A DNA stretch of 37,007 bases, from contig JALGZO010000510.1 of assembly GCA_025774865.1 (NCBI GenBank), positions 1 to 37,007 on the forward strand. The letters run 5' to 3'. This DNA comes from a bacterium. GTDB lineage: Bacteria; ARS69. This document shows, one piece after another, positions 20,436-27,671 of the stretch. Each line of letters begins with the position of its first letter. Position 1 is the first letter of the stretch. The notes under the pieces were generated by a model. That model did not search any database, was not told the origin of the DNA, and saw only the letters and a program-made list of their open reading frames with translations. A program made the position numbers and the translations under genes.

Positions 20436-21131
20436 CTACAGCCCGCCCCGGATCGCTCCCGGATCGTCGGAGATGATCCCGTCCACGCCGAGGGCCGCGA
20501 TCTCTCTCGCGCGGTCGGGATCATTCACGGTGTACGTCGTGAGGCCCAGCCCACGCTTCCGGACCCTGGCGACGGTCTCCGCCGTCACGTCCTCCTGTCG
20601 CAGGAAGAGCCCCGCCAGGTCGAGCTCAGCCTGCGTCCGTTCCGAGGGCAACGGCTGACCGCGCCGGAGAATGAGGGAGCGGGGCGCGCTCGGTACGAGA
20701 TCGCGCGCGTCGGCCAGCGGCTCTTCCTGAAAGGAAGCGATCCGAAACCGCGCCCCGGGATGCGAGCGCAGGCGGTCGGCGACGTCCTCGAGGACCGATT
20801 CCGGAACGCGCTCCTTGAGCTCCATCGCCAGGGCGCACCGGCCGAGGTACGCGTCGAGAGCGTCGGTCAAACGGGGGATCTCTTCCGAGGAGCCGGCGCG
20901 CAGCGCCTGGAGGTCCTCCGTCCGGAGCTCGCGAAGTAGTCCCCGCCCGTTGGTCGTTCGATCCACCCGTTCGTCGTGCATGAGCACCGCGACGCCGTCC
21001 GAGGTGACGCGGACGTCGAACTCGAACCCCGCCGCTCCGTCGGCGAGCGCACGGGCGAACGAGGCCATCGTGTTCTCCGGCGCCCGGGCGAGCGCGCCAC
21101 GATGCCCCAAGAGGATCGGGGCGTCGCTCAT
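20436..21131 (-). CDS. Glycerophosphodiester phosphodiesterase (GDPD family)
   Basis: ILLGHRGALARAPENTMASF...FEFDVRVTSDGVAVLMHDERVDRTTNG is the GDPD catalytic N-terminal signature. ATG overlaps the stop of the upstream gene (ATGA at 21128-21131). Confidence 0.85.
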   Translation of the reverse strand: MSDAPILLGHRGALARAPENTMASFARALADGAAGFEFDVRVTSDGVAVLMHDERVDRTTNGRGLLRELRTEDLQALRAGSSEEIPRLTDALDAYLGRCALAMELKERVPESVLEDVADRLRSHPGARFRIASFQEEPLADARDLVPSAPRSLILRRGQPLPSERTQAELDLAGLFLRQEDVTAETVARVRKRGLGLTTYTVNDPDRAREIAALGVDGIISDDPGAIRGGL

Positions 21132-24100
21132 TGCGTCTGGGGAGCGGCCGGATCGAGTGGCGGGGTGGTGGCATCGGCGGCCAGATCCTGCCCGAGCCGG
21201 ATGCCGGCGCGGTTGTTCCAGGTTTGCCGGTACTCGTCGTGCGGCGGGCCGGTCGGGTACGCCTCGTCGGGTTCGTAAGGGTAGCCCGACATCGCGTGAA
21301 AGGGCAGGGGCTCGACGGTCGCGGAGAACGCCGTGTTCGGATCACCGTCCTTGGCCCATCCGACGAACACGAGGAAGTAGGTGCGCGTCCAGTCGACGTC
21401 GACCGGGTCGAGCGCTTCTTCCGACCAGCGCACGGTGCACTCGTCGCCGGAAGCCATGACGACGTACATGTCGTCGGGATCCTGGAGAAGCGGCGTCACG
21501 TCTCCGTATCTCGTGTACTGACCGTCGTGCTGATCCCAGGGGACCTCGCCGCTCCGGAACACGTCGTAGTCGAATGTCTCGGGTTCCTCCCCGGTGATGG
21601 AGAGAATCGGCTCGGAGTGCCCGCGGTAGTGCAGGTCCGCCGTGTCGGGGAGAAGCGTGGTGACGACCGGCTCGACGTCCGGCTCGCCCACTTGCAAGAG
21701 CGCCCGGTCCCAGTAGAGCCGCAACGTCGTGGAGATGCGCAGGACTGCCTGCCCGTCCGGAAAGGCACCGGTGAGATCGACGGGGATCGACTTCGTCTTT
21801 CCTCCGGGAAATCCCACCTGTTCGGGCCATTTACGCCACCCGCGCCCGTCGCGGATTTCGATCTCGGGCGGCACGAACGAGTGGCGCGGATCCTGGGAGA
21901 TCGCCGTGTTGATGGACGCGTTCGTCCAGTAGAACCACCCGGAGAGGTGGAGCGTGAGGGGCGCGTCCGGCGGTACTTCGCCGAAGTCGATCTCGAGCGA
22001 GTGCCGCTCGACGATTCCCTGGTAGCGAGTGAGCTCGAGGTCACCGACCACGAGCCCGTCGGTGTGGAGCAGACGTTCCGCGACGTCGCGGCCGCGGTGG
22101 TCGACGGCGCGTCGCGGCGGCAACGGCTTCTCGAGCACGTGTACTCCGAACTTCGGAAACGGGGGGAACTGGAACTTCTCGTTCGGCTGGACTTCCGTCC
22201 CCGCCGGGTGGTCGATCGCGACCAGGCGGACTTGATCCAGGTACGTGACCTCGCGAAGCTCTTCGGTGACCTGCGCCACGAGCATGCCTTCCTCATCTGC
22301 GATCATCTGGTCGTCGGTGACGCGGATCACCTCGTCCCAGTCCGGGGGCACGTAGGAACCCGGCGCGATGGGGAGGCCGAGCGGCGTCACCGTCAGGATG
22401 TCGGTGATGTACTCGTGGCGCTCGCCGTTCCACGTGTAGAGGAACGGACAGCTTCCGACGAGGCCGGCCTTCTCCTCGACGACGATCTCGTCTCCGGGCG
22501 ATGCATCGACGACGGCCTGGCGGATCCCGTTCGGCCAGCGAAGACGCAGAGCGTCGACTCGCCCGTCGCCGATTCCGATGTGCAAAGGGCCTCCGGTGGC
22601 GTCGGCTCGGAAGTAGCGATTGCCCGACAAGAGCTCGACGAGGGTACCGACTCCATCGCGGTTGTTCTTCACACCGCGCGGCCACACGATGACCGAGCGG
22701 CCGGTCTGCCCCACGTTTTGCGCCAGCCCCGCGCTCGCCTGTGACGTCACCAGATCGAGCCGTCCGGTCGCTTGCGACACGACGACCGCGACCGGATGGG
22801 CGGCCGCCTCGGCCAGAAGGCTCACCGGCTCAACTGTCTCCAGAAAGACGAAACCGCCCTCGTTCACGCCGAGGGCCGCACCGCTCTGTCGAGCGGCGAC
22901 CAGGTCACGCAGCCCGTCGTTGTCGAGGTCGGCGGCCCAAAGGGAGCTGCCCCCGGCGGGCGGCCACAGGACGGGAGGCTGGATCGCGGCCTCCGCCCCG
23001 GTCGCTTCGAACTGGAGCGCCCCCGCGTTCTTCGCGACGAAGACTCCGCGAGGCGTCGCCGCGGCGAGATCGAGCGCTCCGTCGCCGTCGAGGTCGGCGA
23101 CGGCGAGATCGAACGCGCCCGGGGGCAACGCCGTGAGGCTCGAGTTCACGTTGAACCGGCCTCCGCGGAGATTCTCGACGATCACGACGTCACCCTTGCG
23201 AGTGACGAAGCCGAGGTCCACGTCCCGGTCGTCATCGAGATCGCCGGAGACGACGACCGTCGCCGCCCCGATCACGTCGAGAGAAGCGGCAGTCGTGACG
23301 TCGGTGAACGTCCGGTCGCCGTTGTTCCGGAGCAGAAGGGGCCCGTTGGCCCCGACCGCCACGAGGTCGACATCTCCGTCTTGATCGAAGTCGATCGGCG
23401 CGAACGTCCCGACGGACGTGCGCGTAGCGACGAATGGGGGGTCCCAGCCGGCCTCGACGCCGGCGTGCACGTGGATTCCGCGGCCGCCCGCGCGGACCAG
23501 GTCTATGTTTCCGTCGTTGTCGAGATCGAGGGCGCGAGCCCTGGTCACGCCGAGGATGCCGGCGAGCCCGCGGCTCGCCGTGACGTCGACCCGCCCGTCC
23601 GGGGTTTGCCTGAGGTCGAGCAAGGTCTGTCCGTCGCCCAGGAGCAGATCGAGGTCGCCGTCGCCGTCCAGGTCGGCGGAGTCCGCCCAGCGAATCTCGC
23701 CCGGAATGGGCAGCGACTCGAGCACGAAGGCCGGCATCGGACCGGACGCTCGCACGTGGGGAGGGCGTTCGAAGCGCGTGAGATTCAGGAGCTCGCCGAT
23801 TTCCAGGTCTTCCTCGGAGAGCTCGGCGCCACGGCCGGCGCGAACGAGCTCCTGGTACTCGCGGAGGACGGCCGCTCCTTCGTCGCGACGTTTGAGTTGA
23901 ATGAGGGTCCGGCCGTAGCGGTACAGCGCCGATGCGTAGTGCCGCGGCGCCCCTTCGGACTCGAGATCGACGATGGCCCGGAACTCCTCGAGAGCGGTCT
24001 CGGGCTCCCGGGACCGGACCGCGAGGATCCCGATGTTGTAGTGGAGCTCGGGCGCTTCGCCGCCGAGCTCGCGGCACTCGAGCAGCGCTTCGTGGGCAGC

Positions 24101-24448
24101 GGTCGGATTCCCGCGACGCTTCTCCAGAATGCCTACGGCGTACACGATCGAGGCATCGGTCAAATCGAGGTCGGCCGCCCGGGCGAGATGCAGCGCTGCC
24201 GACTCGAGATCTCCGGCGAGCAACGCGGCGATCCCGGCGTTGCGTGTGTCGCCGGCGCTCTCCGGAGCGAGGTCGGCAGCCCGCCCCAGCTGGACGGCTC
24301 CCTCCGCGAACTCATCGTTGTCGAGGTAGGCTGCGCCCAGGTTGCGATGGAGCCAAAGCCGATCCTCGTCGCTCGTCGCGAGATCGGCGGCCAGGCCGAG
24401 CGCCGGCGCGAAGACGCAGACGGCAGCCCACGGCGCGAGGTAACGCAT
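21128..24448 (-). CDS. Secreted TPR + FG-GAP/VCBS repeat + ASPIC/UnbV (CRTAC1-like) protein with about 450-aa unassigned C-terminal region
   Basis: Signal peptide MRYLAPWAAVCVFAPALGLA. TPR-like helices at aa ~30-220. Repeated DLDGDGDLDL / DFDQDGDVDL / DLDGDGALDL / DLDNDGLRDL FG-GAP calcium loops. UnbV_ASPIC-like block (NRDGVGTLVELLSGNRYFR...LRLRWPNG). After that, 447 aa with no motif I recognise. Confidence 0.8.
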   Translation of the reverse strand: MRYLAPWAAVCVFAPALGLAADLATSDEDRLWLHRNLGAAYLDNDEFAEGAVQLGRAADLAPESAGDTRNAGIAALLAGDLESAALHLARAADLDLTDASIVYAVGILEKRRGNPTAAHEALLECRELGGEAPELHYNIGILAVRSREPETALEEFRAIVDLESEGAPRHYASALYRYGRTLIQLKRRDEGAAVLREYQELVRAGRGAELSEEDLEIGELLNLTRFERPPHVRASGPMPAFVLESLPIPGEIRWADSADLDGDGDLDLLLGDGQTLLDLRQTPDGRVDVTASRGLAGILGVTRARALDLDNDGNIDLVRAGGRGIHVHAGVEAGWDPPFVATRTSVGTFAPIDFDQDGDVDLVAVGANGPLLLRNNGDRTFTDVTTAASLDVIGAATVVVSGDLDDDRDVDLGFVTRKGDVVIVENLRGGRFNVNSSLTALPPGAFDLAVADLDGDGALDLAAATPRGVFVAKNAGALQFEATGAEAAIQPPVLWPPAGGSSLWAADLDNDGLRDLVAARQSGAALGVNEGGFVFLETVEPVSLLAEAAAHPVAVVVSQATGRLDLVTSQASAGLAQNVGQTGRSVIVWPRGVKNNRDGVGTLVELLSGNRYFRADATGGPLHIGIGDGRVDALRLRWPNGIRQAVVDASPGDEIVVEEKAGLVGSCPFLYTWNGERHEYITDILTVTPLGLPIAPGSYVPPDWDEVIRVTDDQMIADEEGMLVAQVTEELREVTYLDQVRLVAIDHPAGTEVQPNEKFQFPPFPKFGVHVLEKPLPPRRAVDHRGRDVAERLLHTDGLVVGDLELTRYQGIVERHSLEIDFGEVPPDAPLTLHLSGWFYWTNASINTAISQDPRHSFVPPEIEIRDGRGWRKWPEQVGFPGGKTKSIPVDLTGAFPDGQAVLRISTTLRLYWDRALLQVGEPDVEPVVTTLLPDTADLHYRGHSEPILSITGEEPETFDYDVFRSGEVPWDQHDGQYTRYGDVTPLLQDPDDMYVVMASGDECTVRWSEEALDPVDVDWTRTYFLVFVGWAKDGDPNTAFSATVEPLPFHAMSGYPYEPDEAYPTGPPHDEYRQTWNNRAGIRLGQDLAADATTPPLDPAAPQTQ

Positions 24449-24583
24449 CGGGAAGTCCTCCCAGGGAGGGATCGACGAGGGATAAGCGCAAGCAGCGCTG
24501 TATGATAGCGGACAAATGCGGAGGAGTCTGCGGGGAAAACCCTCGACGCGGCCTTTCGTTCCCGGTGCGGGGCGGGCTGGGGA

Positions 24584-25939
24584 TCAGAGGTAACCGAGCG
24601 CCTCGAGGCGACGGATCATGTCCTCCTCCATGTGGTGGGGCGCCGCCCGGTGGGAGACCAGGTGGACCCACCACCCGTCGAGGGCCGACTCCAGTCGCCG
24701 GGCAACCTCCGGTTCCGCCTCGAACCGGTCGCGGGCTTCGGCCGGGTCGGCCTGCAGGTCGTAGAGGCGGCTCTCGGATCGGTAGGGGCGCTCGGCAAAC
24801 AGGGCGACGAGGTTGTTGTAATCGCTGGCCCCGGATCCGTTCGATTCTCGATCGCGACGGAAGCGGTACTCGCGAACCAACTTCCAACGCCTCCCGCGGA
24901 CCGACTGTTGGTAGCGCCGCTTGTGTTTGACCTCGCTGAAGACATGCTCGCGAGCGGGACCGGCCCCGTTCAGGATGCTGCGCCCGGAGATCGGGTGGGT
25001 GATCTCGATTCCCGCCGCCTCGGCGAGGGTCGGGAGAATGTCGACGTGACTCGCCAGGTCGTCCGACCGACCCGGATGCAATGAATTCCGGGTGGCGTCA
25101 CCCGCCCGGAGGATGAGCGGTACCCGGACGAGCTCTTCGTAGAGGGACTGTCCATGGCCGATCATTCCGTGATCCAGGAGCTCCTCTCCGTGATCTGACG
25201 TGAGAAGCACGATGCTCTTCTCGAGTGCGCCCTGATCGTCGAGCCAGGCGAGACAGCGCCCGACGACCCGATCCGCCTCCTCCACGGCGAAGGCATAGAG
25301 GCGTCGTAGGAATCGCGTCTCTTCGGCGGTGAGGCTCACCTCGCCGCGCTTGAGTTCCCGCTTGAGCGTCTTCCATTGCGAAGCGCGGAAGCGATGGAAG
25401 GGGAACCGGCCGACCGCCTCCGATTCGGCTCGGCGGGCGATTCCGCCTCCGTAGGGCCAGTGAGGCTCGATGAAGTGGAGGTAGGCGAAGACGGGCCCGG
25501 GATCCCGGAACGGGTCCTGCTCCCGAAGCCTTCGGAGGATGTCATCGCCAGGGCCGGCGTCCGACGAGAAGACGTCGAAGCCGCGGGAGAAGCCGAGGCT
25601 CCGGTCCAGCTGCGCGTTGTGCGCGAGACCGATTGTCCGGTATCCCGCGTCTCGAAGCAGCTCGGCCAATGTCGGAACACTGTCCGGCAGGCCGACGGTT
25701 TGCGCCGTATGGTGCGGCCCCTTCGCGACCTCCAAGACCCCGTGCTCCGAAGGATGCAGCGATGTCAGGATCGACGGCACGGCCGGCTTGGTCCACGACG
25801 ACGAGGCGACGGCGCTAGAGTACAGTCGGGCGGAGCTCCCGAGGGCGTCCAGTGACGGCGCCTCCGGCCGGCCGATCTCCGACCAGAGCCCGGCGCCGGT
25901 CAGACAGTCTGCGCGGAGCGCGTCGACGCAGATGAGCAT
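24584..25939 (-). CDS. Alkaline-phosphatase-superfamily (sulfatase-like) hydrolase/transferase, no signal peptide
   Basis: LICVDALRADCL, SSWTKPAVPSILTSLHPSEHG, DHGEELLDHGMIGHGQSLYEELVRVPLI are sulfatase-fold blocks. An in-frame stop lies 3 codons upstream of the ATG at 25939, so the N-terminus cannot be longer. Confidence 0.8.
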   Translation of the reverse strand: MLICVDALRADCLTGAGLWSEIGRPEAPSLDALGSSARLYSSAVASSSWTKPAVPSILTSLHPSEHGVLEVAKGPHHTAQTVGLPDSVPTLAELLRDAGYRTIGLAHNAQLDRSLGFSRGFDVFSSDAGPGDDILRRLREQDPFRDPGPVFAYLHFIEPHWPYGGGIARRAESEAVGRFPFHRFRASQWKTLKRELKRGEVSLTAEETRFLRRLYAFAVEEADRVVGRCLAWLDDQGALEKSIVLLTSDHGEELLDHGMIGHGQSLYEELVRVPLILRAGDATRNSLHPGRSDDLASHVDILPTLAEAAGIEITHPISGRSILNGAGPAREHVFSEVKHKRRYQQSVRGRRWKLVREYRFRRDRESNGSGASDYNNLVALFAERPYRSESRLYDLQADPAEARDRFEAEPEVARRLESALDGWWVHLVSHRAAPHHMEEDMIRRLEALGYL

Positions 25940-27662
25940 GAGGTGTCAGGGTGGTCCGGCTCGAAACGAGCCGTAACACGTAGAAACCCGAGTGAACGGG
26001 GCGGCCGTGATCGTTGGTTCCGTCCCAACGGAAGTCGGTGCTCCCACCGGGCAAGGAACCCCGAAACAGCGTCCGGACCCTCCGGCCGGTGACGTCGAAG
26101 ATCTCGAGCGTCGCGGCTTCCTCGGGCGAGGTCATGTCGAGGGTGATGGAGGCGAAGGTCGACCAGGGGTTCGGCCACGCTCGCAGCCCACGGGCGGTCG
26201 GGATCGGTTCGACGATCGTCGCGAGAGCCAAGGTGGTCGGCAGCCCGCAGGGAAGGTCGACCGTCGAGAGCTGGAGTGGGAGCAATTCGCTGTCGGTGGG
26301 CGGCTCCGCCTCGATACGGTATCGGCCGGGGATGACCGTCTCGGCGAACGAGCCGTCTTCGGCTGTCGTCGCCATCCAGTTCGTTCCCGCGTCCAAGGCT
26401 TCACCCCGGACCACGACGGCGGCAAGGCCACGGCCGTCCTCGTCGGTGACGCGCGATGCTACCGTCGTCACCTGCGGCCCCCAGGTCGGTATGATCAGGT
26501 CGACAACGCCGTCCGACGTCAGCGCGACCCCCTCGAAGCGATAAGGGCTGAGCGGCGAGCCCGAGGCCGGGTTCACGACGACGTCGTACGTGCCCGGCTC
26601 GACCCGCAACGAAAATGTGCCGTTCGCGTCGGTGTCGTCGTTGGACGTTGGATAGTGGTCGCACGTTCCGGGTTGCCGGAGATCGAGATCCGCGGCGGCC
26701 AGCGGAACGCCGGCCGGGTCGAGCGCGGTCCCGGTCACGACCACTCCCGGCCGCAGCACCATCGTGCCGAGATCGAGGTCTCGCTGCACGTTCACGTGGT
26801 ACAGAGCCGCGGACGCGAGCGGAATTCCCCGGGGGGCGACGGCGAACACGTGGAAGATCCCCTCCGGCACGTTCAGAGTGAAGCCTCCCGTCGCGTCCGT
26901 GTCGTCGTTCGCCGTGGGGATGCGCCGGCCGGTCGGCTCCTCCACATCCAGGTCGATGAGCGCGAGCGGCCGGCCGTCCTCACGTTCGATCCGACCCGTG
27001 AGGAGAAAACCCCGGGGAAGGGTCACGTCCAGGACGGCGTCGCCCGTCAGATCGTAGCTGTCTACCTGCAGCGCACCGACTCCGATGCCCGGCGGGGGCT
27101 CGAATACGATGTCCCACTCCCCGGGAACCACCGTGATGCCATACCGACCATCGGGACCGGTGTCGTCGTTCGACGTCGCGAGTTGCTGGCCGGTCGCCGG
27201 GTCCTTCACGTCGAGGTCCACGTCCGCGATCGGGAAGCCGGCGTGATCCACGACCCGACCCTGCAGCCGGGAGCCGGCGGGAAGCCCGATGTCCCGGACC
27301 GTGTCCCAGCCGAGTGGCAGATTCCGGAGCTGGATGGGCGCCAGGTCGATCCGATTCTCGGGAGGTTCGTACCGGACGTGGTATACCTCCGGCTTCACGA
27401 CCATCTCGTAGTAGCCGAAGACATCGGTCTTGTCCTCTTGTCCCTCGTAGCCCCGAGCCGAGGGGTCGATCCGGATGCCCGATTGCGCGTCCCAGAAGTC
27501 GAGGTCGACGTCCGCGAGCGGCGCACCGGAAGGATCCGTCACTCGTCCTTCGAACACGACCTGGCCGGACGCCGGGCACGCCGCCGCGCCCATGACGACG
27601 GCGACTGCGCACGCCAGCGCCCTTCGGCCACTCGATCTCCGGGTCAGTGTGATGGCGGCCAA
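25815..27662 (-). CDS. Secreted CarboxypepD_reg-like repeat protein with T9SS/FlgD-Ig-type C-terminal sorting domain (paralog A)
   Basis: Signal peptide ...AAACPASG|QVVF. Five beta-sandwich repeats. CTD WPNPWSTFASITLDM...LEIFDVTGRRVRTLF...FRWDGTNDHGRPVHSGFYVLRL. A 42-aa Arg-rich tail extends beyond the point where paralog B ends. Confidence 0.8.
   Translation of the reverse strand: MAAITLTRRSSGRRALACAVAVVMGAAACPASGQVVFEGRVTDPSGAPLADVDLDFWDAQSGIRIDPSARGYEGQEDKTDVFGYYEMVVKPEVYHVRYEPPENRIDLAPIQLRNLPLGWDTVRDIGLPAGSRLQGRVVDHAGFPIADVDLDVKDPATGQQLATSNDDTGPDGRYGITVVPGEWDIVFEPPPGIGVGALQVDSYDLTGDAVLDVTLPRGFLLTGRIEREDGRPLALIDLDVEEPTGRRIPTANDDTDATGGFTLNVPEGIFHVFAVAPRGIPLASAALYHVNVQRDLDLGTMVLRPGVVVTGTALDPAGVPLAAADLDLRQPGTCDHYPTSNDDTDANGTFSLRVEPGTYDVVVNPASGSPLSPYRFEGVALTSDGVVDLIIPTWGPQVTTVASRVTDEDGRGLAAVVVRGEALDAGTNWMATTAEDGSFAETVIPGRYRIEAEPPTDSELLPLQLSTVDLPCGLPTTLALATIVEPIPTARGLRAWPNPWSTFASITLDMTSPEEAATLEIFDVTGRRVRTLFRGSLPGGSTDFRWDGTNDHGRPVHSGFYVLRLVSSRTTLTPHAHLRRRAPRRLSDRRRALVGDRPAGGAVTGRPRELRPTVL
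26214..27560 (-). repeat. Five tandem protein-coding repeats (85-97 aa) in paralog A
   Basis: Repeats begin VVFEGRV / RLQGRV / LLTGRI / VVTGTA / TTVASRV. Repeats 1-4 carry DLD(F/V/L)xD. Repeats 2-4 also carry NDDT(D/G)xxG, while repeat 1 has only a degenerate QEDKTD. Repeat 5 lacks both motifs. Confidence 0.85.
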
Positions 27663-27671
27663 CGAGAACTC

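Noticed and set aside
21131-24505. 537-aa and 577-aa plus-strand ORFs (21131-22744, 22772-24505) opposite the CRTAC1-like gene
   Set aside because: Same reasoning: low-complexity Arg/Gly/Asp-rich translations antisense to a gene with clear TPR, FG-GAP and ASPIC motifs.
24584-25939. Calling this gene an arylsulfatase
   Set aside because: The fold motifs are present, but the formylglycine-generating C/S-x-P-x-R motif is absent (W-T-K-P-A-V instead), so only a superfamily-level call is justified.
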